From Octopus vulgaris (lineage: Eukaryota), in the NCBI GenBank assembly GCA_951406725.2, contig OX597828.1, positions 34,100,001 to 34,164,000 on the forward strand: 64,000 nucleotides of DNA. Direction: 5' to 3'. Under the pieces are notes generated by a model. It was not told where the DNA came from. It saw only the letters and a list, made by a program, of their open reading frames with translations, and did no database searches. Shown here one piece after another: positions 40,101 to 55,290 of the stretch (position 1 is the stretch's first letter; the number at the start of each line of letters is the position of its first letter). A program made the position numbers and the translations under genes.

Positions 40101-40655
40101 CGCGTTGAAGAGTCTATGAAATCTTTTCATTCTGTTTTTTTTTTTCTTGCTTTTCTTACTATTTTTATAGTCAGTATAAACATCTATGAATTTCCAATCA
40201 CACACACACAAATATCCTTTGTGCTTTTATAGTTTTATATTACATTAAGATACATCCTTTGTATACTTTTTTCATTATATAATCACTCACACCCATATCA
40301 TGATGAGACATTTTGGCACAACCGTTTTGGCACAACTGTTTCGGCACAGCCATTTCGGCGCTATTGATTCAATGCTGACTTGTTTGACATCAGACATTTT
40401 AACGTGTCTCTCATTCTGCCTCCTCTTCCTTCTCCCTATATGTTCATGCGTGTGTGTGTGTATCTAGTTATGTTAGTGTGCGTCTGCAATTAACAGCTCC
40501 CTCCTTCTCTCTGCATGTGTATATTTCTGTGCATGCAAGTGTGTCTGTCCAGCATCAGATAAATTGAATGTCTAGGTGTTCATGTCAAATCATCAGCGTC
40601 CAAACAGCTGTATCCAACTGTCTCATTTAGCACCCATACAAACTCCCATTGCAAT

Positions 40656-40686
<31 letters not shown>

Positions 40687-41320
40687 TACGCTTTATTCCC
40701 ACTTTTATTTGCATACATATACATGACAAAGCATATGAAATATGCCCACACTCACACATCTATTTACCTTTGTACCAAGGTACAACAACAGACAGATCAA
40801 TAGATTAATAGGCAACAGGTGAATATTTATAAATGTATATACGCATTCATTACACACATGTATGTGTAATGTTAGTGCACGTGTGTGTGTATATATATAT
40901 CAAAATATAAATATTTTATAATTATATACATAATTATAACAAGGGCTTGGCTTGTGCCTCCACTGAAAAACAGACGTCAAAAGACACTATTACCACCATA
41001 AATTCTCCGAGAAAAACACACTAATAGTGTGATAATTATGTATATAATTATAAAGTATTTATAAAATTTACCTATGAGGTTTTAGTTCCACACTACTGAC
41101 CACTTGGTAAAAATCATTAATGATTTTTATCCTTTATTATTTCATATATATATATATATATACCGGAGTAAACACATAAATGTGAAACAAGGTGGAAAAA
41201 AGAGTACTCAAATACCAGTGGTAGAGTAATATGCTTTATTTAAAGCAGCAGAAAATTTAAGAAAACCTGTTACTCTGAGTTTCCTGTTGCCGTTCATCGG
41301 ACAATTTTTGCTAGCAAAAA

Positions 41321-41358
41321 CTGTCTGATGAACGGCAACAGGAAACTCAGAGTAACAG
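41321..41358 (+). ncRNA. Second-family hammerhead-like motif inside the palindrome 41234-41391
   Basis: CUGU-CUGAUGA-ACGGCAACAG-GAA-ACUCAGAGU-A-ACAG; helix II imperfect. Confidence 0.5.
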
Positions 41359-41390
41359 GTTTTCTTAAATTTTCTGCTGCTTTAAATAAA

Positions 41391-41462
<72 letters not shown>

Positions 41463-42085
41463 GATCAAAAGAAGCTTAAAGTGGAGAAATCACAACAGAA
41501 TATGTAACTTAAAACCCATGCTAAAGTTAGCATATTTTTCTCTCTCTCCTTTAAACACGTAAATTCATAATATTGATTCATCCCCCAAATTTTTTCATTG
41601 TAAATTTTCTCAGTAAATGATGTAAAAAAAAATCTTAAAAAAAAAATACACATATATATATAAATATATATATATATATAAATTTAGAATAACATATTAA
41701 AAATATCTTGTAAAATATGTGTGACACTAAACTTCTGGACACAACCATTTTGCTTGTCACAAGTGTTGCAAGGGAGGTCACTCATGCTGGGTTTATGTAT
41801 TTCTGGACTTTTTTTCTTTTTTTTTCGTAATTTTTTAAGTCACAGGCCATCTCTAACGGAGCAGAATTACGTCCAACGACGTTCCAGCCATGGCCATTCA
41901 GTCTATTTATCAGGCATTGTGTACTCCGATCTATGATATATTAACCTCCTTTTTAAGGCAATAAGGTGTGATTCAAAGAGATATGAGCGTTAGTTTTTAA
42001 CAGGTCGATCAACAATGTAATGGCTCCCCCGTCGGTTTCAATTTAAAATAAACACGTGAAAATATATCTGTAACCCCCCCCCCCG

Positions 42086-42117
<32 letters not shown>

Positions 42118-42141
42118 GGACACATACACACTTGACATACA

Positions 42142-42374
42142 TTAAATTGGTGTTTTGGCTCTCGTGAACCATTTGGTTGTGATGGGCTGACTTTTGGCAG
42201 GGAGTTCAGTCGGGTTGACTTTATCAAAATTGTTCCATGCCAGTTGTTGAATGGTGCGTAATCTATTTTCAACAACCCCTAAGAGAGGCCGCATCGATGG
42301 CTCCGAGTGCCAGCATTGTTGCATAATGTTCCAACATTCAGGACTGAACGCTTTTAGCTTCTCAGGACGTAAAC
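42142..42374 (-). CDS. DSTYK: DSTYK last coding exon (GLRPEKLKAFSPECWNIMQQCWHSEPSMRPLLGVVE...AKTPI*)
   Basis: Kinase subdomains X-XI; TTTCAG acceptor; TAA at 42142-42144. Confidence 0.94.
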
Positions 42375-42409
42375 CTGAAATTAAAAATGTTGAAGAAATG
42401 CATAAGTAA

Positions 42410-42812
42410 CTAGCAGTATCGCCCGGCGTTGCTCGGGTTTGTAAGGGAAATGACTATATAAGCATTTTTAGAGAGTTATAGCCAAAAAATAGCAACAAAA
42501 AAAAAATGCATTAAAAATGGAAAAAAAATGATAGTAAATTTTTTTTTAATTGTTGACTCATCGTAGACATTTTTAGAGAGTTACTTCCCTTATATAATAG
42601 CGAAAAAATGCATTAAAATGGAAAAAAATTATGGTAAATTATTTTTAAAATTGTAGACTCATCGTAGACGCGCGCTAATACCCAGAAGGGCTCGATATGA
42701 ATCGCGACTATAAGATACCCGCTTTTGGTCACACTGCACCGCAAAATGTGGGAGTAGTTAGGAATCTAAATCGTAGGAGACAGACACACAACTTGACTTT
42801 TATATATAAAGA
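42410..42812 (-). mobile_element. Non-autonomous Helitron
   Basis: Minus strand: 5' TCTTTATATATAAAAG ... hairpin CCCGAGCAACGCCGGG ... CTAG 3', inserted between A and T with no TSD. Confidence 0.82.
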
Positions 42813-43339
42813 TTACGCCAAGTAGCGATGAGAAATAAATTTTAGGTTAGTTCAAATATGTGACATATTTTTAACTTCTAACAGGTAATCAAAAGTGTGT
42901 GTGTGCGTGCGTGTGTAATCCTTTACTTGATTCAGTCATAAGCATTTCAATGTCCTTTATTGCCTTCACAGTGTTTACCGTTTTACAAATTTAAATTAGA
43001 AAATTGGACAAAACAGAGATCGCAATTGAAAAAATTAAAAAAGTAAAAAAAAAAAAAAAGAAAAGAGAAAAACGGAACAAAAGACCCCAAAACAATTCAC
43101 CACCTAGGGTTGAAAAGTTGGGATCACTGGGAAACCTCTCTAATGGATGTTGAGGCATGCCAGCACGAGTGTAGAGTTGCTGTGGCGCTGGAACAGCAAG
43201 TGCCCTTATGAGCCGCATCAGTTACCTCTGCAAATCAAGTTGCCAGTGAAGACAAGAATCTCTCAGTCAGTGGTCTGACCCCCCACCAAACGTCTCGGAC
43301 GCCACAGGACAGAAAATGTAGTTGACCGACAAATCGCGG

Positions 43340-43551
43340 TATTGCAAGATTTTGTTCCGCTTCTTTTAGTTTTCATATTTTCCAGTGGTGTTCTATGTCT
43401 ATTATTTTAACTTCATCCTGCAGGGGGGAGGTGGTCTCCATTTATCCATACATGATCAACTATACCCGATTTAACCAATGTCCCCTCATTTCACAGCTTT
43501 GTGATGTTTGTCTACCCTTATTTTGAGGGGGCGGCATGTTTCGCCTTTGTA
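43340..43551 (-). pseudogene. Penelope-like GIY-YIG endonuclease fragment
   Basis: YKGETCRPLKIRVDKH (YIGET.R.L..R..EH motif), then DHVW...DEVKIIDIEHHWK with stops and a frameshift; same family as 12795-12960. Confidence 0.75.
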
Positions 43552-43598
43552 TAACAACAAACAAGATGAGGACAAATATCTGTCAAATGTAAATAATG

Positions 43599-43647
<49 letters not shown>

Positions 43648-43695
43648 CATCATCATCATCATCGTCGTTTAACGTCGATGATGATGATGATGATG

Positions 43696-43740
<45 letters not shown>

Positions 43741-43790
43741 CATTATTTACATTTGACAGATATTTGTCCTCATCTTGTTTGTTGTTATAC

Positions 43791-43858
<68 letters not shown>

Positions 43859-44329
43859 TTTAAAATTATAATTTAGGGTATCTAAGAGATACCACCGTGC
43901 TGGAAATAGCAGTCAAAACTTGACTCTAAAACCACATTAAATGTTCATACAGCACCAGGAGAGAAGACAAAGAGGTGAAAGAAATAAACTAGTTAAAAAT
44001 ACTGGTGCTATATGAACATTTAATGTGGTTTTAGAGTCAAGTTTTGACTGCTATTTCCAGCGTGGTGGTATTTCTTAGATACCCTAAATTATAATTTCAA
44101 ATAATTATTACTTTTGAAAGGATTTTATTCCCATGCTGGCCACCTGATAAGATCGGTATTTAAATATTGATCTTATCCTTATTTATATAACTTTATATAT
44201 AAATATATATATACCCAACACTGTAAAACGCTGGCTACTGTATTTGTGTGCTTATCGGCATGCATGCAGACACAAATGAACGCACACATGCAGGTTTGCT
44301 GGTATTTCCCAATGGACTCGGCTCACAGT

Positions 44330-44808
44330 ATCTCTTGGATATGATAAACAGTAGTTTGCCAATTCAAAATTGAAACTCCAACGTCTGGCAGCTGACTTGG
44401 CAGGCACCCATAAAATTATCAACCATCGCACAAACAATAACTCTGAGCACCTTTTCAAACTCCACCCGTCTAACACCCGTGGACATATTTTACAAAGTCA
44501 GAAAACAGCACAGCTCCCATGACTTTAGGAAACATTTTTTCACGCTGAGAGTTACTGAAGCATGGAACAAACTGCCGGCATCAGTTGTTAGTTGTCGGAG
44601 CACTGCATCCTTCAAAACTTCCATGCTTTCTGAGATTCGCCAACACTACACCTGATTTTCTCCCCTCCATACACACACAAGCATGTATCTGACTCCTACA
44701 TTATTCGCTTTCCAGACATTTGTACATTACTGCATATACTTTATACGCACTGTCTGACAAGTTGTGGTGCACCTGAGCACTGTATGCAATAATTTCATTA
44801 TTATTATT
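44330..44808 (+). mobile_element. CR1-type LINE 3' end
   Basis: Translates (with a frameshift) to TRGH..KVRKQHSSHDFRKHFFTLRVTEAWNKLPASVV....ASFK; (ATT)n tail. Confidence 0.78.
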
Positions 44809-44913
44809 AAAAGAGTAGCAGCAGTTGTAGTAACAGTAGACGATATAAGGGATAGAAGAGACAGGGAAAATATATGAAGTTAGAACAACGAGTTAGATAG
44901 ACTGAAGAATTAC

Positions 44914-45163
44914 CTCGTTTAACAGCATGCCAGAGATGGTCTTTGCTTGTACAGTCATCAAACGCCACTGGTAGTTGAACCTTTCCAGAACAGATATACC
45001 AAAACAGGATGCCAAAAGCATAAATATCAACACTGTTGTCGTATCGACCAGTAAATAACTCTGGTGCCATATGTATGGGTGTGCCAACAATACTGCCGCT
45101 CATCATTGCCTCTGGTTTGCAAAATCCAAGATCAGTTAATTTACCACGATTCTGTTTGTCAAG
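44914..45163 (-). CDS. DSTYK: DSTYK activation segment exon ([35 protein letters not shown]...HLWHAVKR)
   Basis: [12 protein letters not shown] and D.YAFG motifs. Confidence 0.97.
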
Positions 45164-45932
45164 CTAATTAAAAAGAAAAAAAAGAGAAAATGTCATTGAA
45201 TTAATTTAGAGTGGAAAAAAATGGTAAAAAGATATCAAAAAATTTTCGTCAAATTCAAATTTTTGTCTCTAAATTCAATCATTTAAACTAGTGGTTCCCA
45301 ACCATTTTTTTAACCTGTGGACCCTCTTTGGTTTGCATTTCACTTAGGTGAACCCTCCTAATATATCTTTATCATTAAATATTATTAGGAACTGTATAAA
45401 AAATTGTTAACGTATTTTGTGTATTGGAGAAATATAAGCAATTTATTGCAAATAAATTTTAACAACAAAATCTTATATGGACAAAATATTTTCTCAAATT
45501 ATGAAAATATAACACCAGTGATGCATATGGCAGTTGTGTGAAGTTTGCGATGAACCTCCAGCAGTACATCTGGTAGTTAGCGTGTTAAAGTAACTTTAAT
45601 TTTCTTTGAGGTTAAAATTTTTTTAGAACCTCACCCACCAAATAAAAAAAGAAACGTTTTATATATATCTATTGTGTGAAAATCTTTCCTCACACGCCCT
45701 GTGACCTCTTCAGCGATTCTCCATCCCATGTGTCTCCTCCACTTCTATTTAGTCCATTTTATCTTTCTATGGCATGTATCCTTATCTGGATAAGGATAGA
45801 CACTATAGAAAGACAGGATGGACTAAATAGAAGTGGAGGAGAGACATGTGGAGAGTTGCTGTATGTATTGTAACTCTCATAAAAAAAATACTTCTTATTG
45901 TCAAATTGCTGAAAGCAAAAGGAAGAACTTAC

Positions 45933-46023
45933 TAGAACATTTTTCATCTTTATATCTCTGTGTACCAAACCTTGACTGTGAAGGTAACGGATTCCTTCAA
46001 CTACATCAATAGCAACTTGCACT
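45933..46023 (-). CDS. DSTYK: DSTYK catalytic loop exon ([30 protein letters not shown])
   Basis: HRDIKxKN motif; GTAG/GTAAGT. Confidence 0.96.
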
Positions 46024-46042
46024 CTACAAAAATTTTTTAAAA

Positions 46043-46073
<31 letters not shown>

Positions 46074-46592
46074 GTCATTATAATGGTTAAGATAATGACA
46101 GTTTAACTACATCTGTATGAATTAGTTATGTAAGTATAAACAAATAAATAAATAAATAAATACAAGCATATCTGATGAAGAGGAACCACCCAAAATATTA
46201 GTTTTTACTTCTTTTGGCATACAAATGTTTTTTTTTGTGTGTGTGTGTGAAAGAAAGATTGGCAGAGTTAAAGTGAAGATTAGAATGATGGAAAGTGTAA
46301 GAAAACATGGATGGGAAAGGAGGGATATATGAACCAGTAATTACTGGATGTAATAATTCTATTTCCAATATTCAGGGAGAGAAACAAATGACCTGTATTG
46401 ATAAAGGGAAGGACAGATATGACAAAGACGTTGATGCTATTGTTGTTGTCTTGTCAACCATCATCAACCCTGACCAAATGGACCTACAATCAAAGGCATG
46501 ACCATCCTGTCTTTTTATTTCCCCGAGGAAGAGTGTACCTTGGACCTCATTATTCAATGTGATTTGAGGGTGTTTTAGCTACTATATTTTTC

Positions 46593-46826
46593 AAGGGTGG
46601 CGAGCTGGCAGAAACGTTAGCGCGGCGGGCGAAATGCTTCGTGGTATTTCGTCTGTCGTTACGTTCTGAGTTCAAATTCCGTCGAGGTCGACTTTGCCTT
46701 TCATCCTTTCGGGGTCGATAAATAAAGTACCAGTTTCACACTGGGGTCGATGTAATTTACTTAATCCGTTTGTCTGTCCTTGATTGTCCTCTCTGTGTTT
46801 AGCCCCTTGTGGGTAGTAAAGAAATA
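46593..46826 (+). mobile_element. SINE-like repeat with GCCTTTCATCCTTTCGGGGTCGATAAA core; other copies at 19310-19460, 22955-23160, 32860-33070 and in clusters
   Basis: GAGTTCAAATTCC B-box-like motif and a conserved core seen in many copies. Confidence 0.7.
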
Positions 46827-47449
46827 TATATTTTTCAACCAAGTTCAGCAAGCAAACACATAGAAGCTCCTTCAGTGATGCTGAAAGCAGCCAACAATCA
46901 GAAGAATCCATTGTGAAGTAGATGTTATATGTTATACCATTATCAACATTGTTAGCTTGGAAGCGCTTATCTTTTACCTGTTTAAATCATTAGACTGCAG
47001 CCATGCTGGGGCACCACCTTAAATTTTAGGTCAAATGAATTGACCCCAGCACTCATTCTATTGCTCTCTTTTGTTGAAGTTAAGGGGACATAAACACACC
47101 AACACCAGTTGATAAGCAGTGGTAGGGAACAAACCACTGACACAAGCAGCTTCTTTCAGTTTCCGTCTACCAAATCCACTCAGAAGGCTTTGGTCGACCT
47201 AGGGCTATAGTAGAACACACTTGTTCAAGGTGCCATGCAGTGGGACTAAAATGGAACCAAGTGGTTGACAAGCAAGCTTCTTACCACACAGCCTCACCTG
47301 CGCCTCAGAGAAGGAATAAAGAGAGGCCCATTTGCTCTCAGCACCACCCAAAGTACCATTTTAACAGCATCAGTCATAACAAGATACAAACTGCTGATCC
47401 CTCACCTAGTAGCACCATATATCAATTCAGCCATCTATACTCCCAAACC

Positions 47450-47493
<44 letters not shown>

Positions 47494-48619
47494 GCTTCTG
47501 ATCTTAACTGACTGGAAGTGTTATCATGTACATTGTTTTGTCTTGGTATAAAAGATGGGCTACAGCAAATATTCTGCTCAATACCACAGATTTGCTTGTC
47601 AGTTGTTTGACCTTAACCAGTTGAGCATGTCCCTTAGTGGTTGACGATATGTGCATCTCTGATCACGAGCAGAAGTAGTGGGGGAGCATCATAGCCATGT
47701 GTTGAGAGGGATTCTTTGGGGTTTGAATGATTCACCTCTGGAAACCTTAAACAACCCTTAATCAGGGACCTTTTGAATGGGATGGGTTACCCAACCAGAA
47801 GAAAATTCTAACTGGGCCCCACCCGCAAGGTCATGCGCTGTTTATCTTGTTATGAGATCACCATGTCGTGCACATATGGTTGTGATGCATGTGCCTGGTG
47901 TACTCTTATCAGATGGGTATACTGGGCTTCGTATATTTGTACCCCAGTGTCATTTTGATGGCATGCACTGCTCTCTCACTCAATAATAATAATAATCCTT
48001 TCTACTATAGGAACAAGGCCTGACATTTGGTGGGGAAGGTGCTAATGATTCTGCCAGCTTGCCACCTTAATAATAACAATAATCCTTTCTAGGCCTGAAA
48101 CTTTTGGGAAGTGAGGTTAGCTGATTACATCAACCCCATTATTTTATAGACCCCAAATAATAATCGCTGTCGTCGTCATCATCATCATAAGTCCACTTTT
48201 TACGCTGACATGGGCAGGATAGTTTGGCAGGATCCAGAATCCAGCAGGTTGGATGACAATGTCTTCCTCTGCTATCTCATTTTCTGCATGGTCCTTAGAG
48301 CTGGATGCCTTTCTAAACACCAACCACTTTAACAAGTATACTAGGTGCATTTTACATGGCACCAACACTATAGAGGTGATCTTGCCATCAGCATGACTAA
48401 TGAGTCCTCTTGAGCTCTGTGTTGTTGCTGTTCAGAATCAAGTACTAAACACTTGGAGTGTATGAGGAGCTTTTTGTGCCACCAGCACTGGTGGCATTGC
48501 CTTGTGGCACGCAAGGCAAAGAAGAGTATCTTATGCTGGAAAGGTACAGATGTTTTGTGAGAGGATCATAAAATCAATGCCTAAAAAAGAAACACACGAA
48601 ATAATATTAAGAAACTTAC

Positions 48620-48775
48620 CGACTTAACCAGTCTAGGTGCTGCTTAATGGCCGTGTGTAAATCTCGCTGTAACCGATCCATTATTAGCAAGACAGCTGGA
48701 GATAAACCGCCACAGTACATATAGTCTATCACAGAACCACGGATGGATACGATACGATCATGTTCCGGAATATTC
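48620..48775 (-). CDS. DSTYK: DSTYK kinase exon (NIPEHDRIVSIRGSVIDYMYCGGLSPAVLLIMDRLQRDLHTAIKQHLDWLSR)
   Basis: GSVIDY.Y.GG...AVLLIM signature; GACAG/GTAAGT. Confidence 0.95.
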
Positions 48776-49742
48776 CTGTCAAAATTAGTCATAGAAAGAA
48801 GTATGAATTATTGTATCTAATTGTAATGGTTTGATTTCCCACCACCACACACACACCTCTCATTCCTGGATTCATCTGACATCACAGAAGAATAATTCTG
48901 TCATCGCTACTTGTTTCAGTAATTGGACTGTGGCCATGCTGGGGTACCACCTCAAAGAGTTCAGCTGAACAAATTGACCTCAGTAATCAATTTTAAAGTC
49001 TGGTAATTATTCTATTGGCCGAACCACTAATTCATGGGGATATAAACAAACCAATACCAGCTGCCAAGTGAAGGTGGTGGTAACGGGGGACAAACACACC
49101 CACACACATACATATATAAATATCTTCAATTATTTTATTTCATAAAGTCATAACAATGCAAATTATAAAAAATAAAGCAGGTTGATGGTTTGTGTTTTTA
49201 CCTGGTATTTCAAGATTTCTTGAAAAAGGGGTTTTAACCCTGAAATATTGAAATACAAGGTAAAAGAACAAATTATCATCATCATCATCATTTAACGTCC
49301 ATGCTAGCATGGGTTGGATGATTTGACTGAGGACTGGCGAACCAGATGGCTGCACCAGGCTCCAATCTGATCTGGCAGAGTTTCTACAGCTGGATGCCCT
49401 TCCTAACACCAACGACTCCAAGAGTGTAGTGGGTGCTTTTACATGCCACTGGCATGAGAGCCAGTCAGGCGGTACTGGCAATCGCCATGCTCAAATAGTG
49501 TATTTTACGTGCCACCTGCGCAGGAGCCAGTCCACTTCTAGTATTGTCAAAATAATACAAGTTATAAAAACTTGTATTGCTTGAGAATATTAAATCATTT
49601 ATATATATCAAACTATATATACACACACACACACACACACACATATATTCTCACCCCATGCACAACAAAAATGGTAACTAAAGAATACTTTGAAATGCTC
49701 AGATTGAAAAGTAACACAAAGTAAATATAAAAAGTTTCTTAC

Positions 49743-49899
49743 TTGGCATAAAATAGTTCCATGGCCAAGTCATTCCAATGTTTTTCATCAGGAGGGATCA
49801 CAGATTTGATGGCACATGGAGAATAATTTCCCCAAGAATTACAGGAATATACAACACCGTACTGGCCTCGCCCTACTTCACGACCCATTTGAGGAATCC
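49743..49899 (-). CDS. DSTYK: DSTYK kinase N-lobe exon ([53 protein letters not shown])
   Basis: GxGxYG loop, AIK lysine, [11 protein letters not shown] family signature. Confidence 0.96.
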
Positions 49900-51419
49900 C
49901 TGGTTAAATTACAAAAGGGAAATTGTGAATAGAAATGGAAATGTCTTTTATAATTTCTTTTTTTATCAAGAATTTCATCATCAAATCTAAAAAAAAAAGT
50001 AAGACAAAACAAGAATAAAAAGAGAAGCTAACATTTTGGGTCCTTGCTCTTCATCTGAGTGACAAATTCTTCTATAACTTATTATCAATGCAGACCACCA
50101 CCCATTTTTTTTTTTAGTTTGAGATTTTAACCATTATGATTTCTTTTTAATCTCCATCAATTTTCTGCAATAATACTCAATCAGGTGCTGTAAATGATAC
50201 CATTTTCCTCCTCCCTACACTTCACATTGAATCCCTTCTACTGTCCCTTGGCATCTGCTCCCTGCAACCCACTCCTAGTTCCTTTTTCTTTTTCATTTCC
50301 TCTCTCCCAAACTGATATTCATCACATCCAGCTCAACCCCCATCACTAATCACCTGTCTTCACACCGTTTTCATAATTGAGCACACTTACCTACCCACCC
50401 ACCTCCTCTATTTCTCTATCCCTAGCCTCTCTCTCATATTCCCCTTGTATCTTGACCTCTCTCTCTCCCTCTTTCAGAATGATGAAGCCATGTATTCACC
50501 TCTTCAGCAAGATACTTGCTCCTCTCCCTCCATCATACTTCCAAATCACTCAATACTACATCTCAACCAGTTTAGGGATCTTGTCTTGTGGGTCCTCATT
50601 TGGTGACCTCACTAGTGCTGGTGTCATGCAAAAGCACTCTGTTAAGTGGTTGGCATTTGGAAAGGCATCTATCTATAGAAACCATGTCAAAGCAGACACT
50701 GGAACCAGAGTTATCGTTTGCAGAGTTCATGCAGTTGCTAGTCAGTCTGGCCAAATCTCCATTTTGAAGATACCTTTCTCTCTCTCTCCCTCCTGCTGGT
50801 CCCAGAAGTCCTTTAAGGGGTCAAGAGCACTGTTTTCTTTTCCAATTAAAAGACAAAAGAGAAAAAAAAAGAGATTACAACCCAAAAGACGGCATAGTCA
50901 TGGCTGGAATGTCTTTGATCATAGGTCTGTTCAGTTTGGGAGCTGACATGGGGACTAAACTACAGCATCAACAACATCAGCATCCTCCTCATTTAACGTC
51001 CACTTTTCCATACTTGCATGGGTCAGATTGAATTTGTTGAGACAGATTTTCTATGGTCAGATGCCTTTCCTGTTGCCGATCCTTACTTGTTTCCAAGCAA
51101 CATAATATTTCCCCCCATTGCAAGACGTGTTTTTCACAGAAGACTGGAAATGAAGAATTTCACTTGTACAACAACGATGTTCAGTTACAACCATCACATG
51201 ATGTCTAGATAAAATATATATATATATACACACACACACCAAGCTTTTTCCAATTTCCCTCTTCCAAATACCAAATCCACACATGGAGATTTGGTCGATC
51301 CAGGGCTATAGTAGAAAACACTCAGTTGCCAGCAAGTGGGACTGAACCCAAGACCATGTAGTTGGGAAGCAAACTTCTTAACCCCACAGCAATGCAATAA
51401 AGTAATAAATTTTTCTTAC

Positions 51420-51628
51420 CATAGAAAGCATTATCTTTTAACGATGAACTTTCCAGTGCCAACTTGGCAACTTTTGGTGCATGGATTTTTCTTACTCGAA
51501 TCCGAGAGACTTCAATCTTGTCCATTCGGTTGACATGTTTGTGCTCAAGCTGCCTCAAAGCTGTCAGGAATGTCGTGTGGGATTTTTTCAACCGTTCCTT
51601 TATTTGTGATGAAATGCTCTTTGCTAAC
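51420..51628 (-). CDS. DSTYK: DSTYK exon (LAKSISSQIKERLKKSHTTFLTALRQLE...VRKIHAPKVAKLALESSSLKDNAFY)
   Basis: Strong resemblance to the DSTYK pre-kinase region; CACAG/GTAAGA. Confidence 0.94.
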
Positions 51629-52319
51629 CTGTGAGAAAAATGAAATCTGTCTTATGGTGAATTCATATTTTCACACAACAACTATATACCTCTTAATTAT
51701 TGACTGAGAAGTCAAGAGACAAGTTATTGATCTCTGGTTCATTGATTTTTTTCTTGTATATGGGGCAATAATTGTATATAAAATAACTTTTTTGACACCA
51801 ACCTACTTGCTTGTACACAGATATGTTCACACACACTCAAGAGCTTCACTATGTGGACAAGTTCACTTTGTAGTTACATGATTTCGAGTACTATTTCATA
51901 GCATGGCACCGAGGGCAAGTCTCTTCTTCTGGGGCCTAAGACCGACCAATGCCATGTGAATGAAAATAATATGGAACCCTGTCATGTGTGTGTATGTATG
52001 CGTGTGTGTGTTTATATGCATCTGTATGCATGTGTATGAGTATGCAAATGTGTACATTCCATGTCTACACATATTTGTTGACGTTTGCCGTGATTCTTTA
52101 TTGCAGTAGCTCTTTGCTTCTGAAGTAGAGTGCAATAACAAAAAAAAGAAAGAAAAAAAATACACTTGTTAAACGCAAAGAAAAAAGGGTGGGATGGCGT
52201 AACAGGAAAAGTATCTGACTATAAAACTATTCCTTTAACTCACAGTAGCAAGGGAAATATGGAGGTAAGGAATATATATCTATCTATATATATATATATA
52301 TATACACATACATATATAT

Positions 52320-52367
<48 letters not shown>

Positions 52368-52741
52368 AGATATATATAGATATATATATATATATATATA
52401 TACATAGACATACATAAGAAATTAGAAAGACAAAGTAATAAACAATTATGTTATGAATGCCATTAGCTTGCAGCTGTTTCTGCTACAAGTTGCAATGCAC
52501 TCATAGTTGAATACTTGGGTATCACTATAGCTTCATCAGAGCTCCAAACACAACGTTCAACTATGAGTCCATTGCCTCTTATAGCAGAAACAGCTGTGAG
52601 CTAATGAAGTTCATAAGATAATTCCTTATTCATTTGTCTTTCTAATTTATCATTACTGCTCCTACACTTGACTGTTGCTTCTCTCTGAAGCACAGGTATA
52701 CTAAGTTCTAATGCCAGGTTATTAATACCACTACACCTGAA

Positions 52742-52779
<38 letters not shown>

Positions 52780-53199
52780 TTACTAAAGCCACAAAAAATT
52801 GACAAACTGTTCCAGAGTTTCATGTGACAGTTCGTCAAACAGTTGTGATAATACAGAATAATGAAATTTTACAAATTGCAAGTATATACAATATTTTGTA
52901 GATACCAGTTCATTGAATAAGCATTTAAAATCTGATTGGGGGGGCTAATTAGAAAAATAACAGGGTAAAAAATTACTGCAAATGTGGAGTAATCACAGAG
53001 GGAAAATAAAATAGACCAGCTGAATTGAAATGCTTTGTGTAAAATAAAGATCAAACAAAAAATATACAGAATATAATGAACTGACACAAGGTAAAGCTAA
53101 CCTGGGAAGGAATTGAACTCAGAGCAGAGAGAGTTCGAATGAATCCTGAGAACCTTTCTATCTGACATGCTAATGACTTTGCCAATTCAACACTTTATA

Positions 53200-55290
<2,091 letters not shown>

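Noticed and set aside
45110-45140. DLG instead of DFG in the kinase (and HRDIKMKN in the previous exon)
   Set aside because: DLG and HRDIKxKN are normal for the DSTYK family, so this is not a pseudokinase signal.
50377-50946. 189-aa ORF
   Set aside because: Low-complexity pyrimidine-rich sequence and decayed repeats, antisense within a DSTYK intron.
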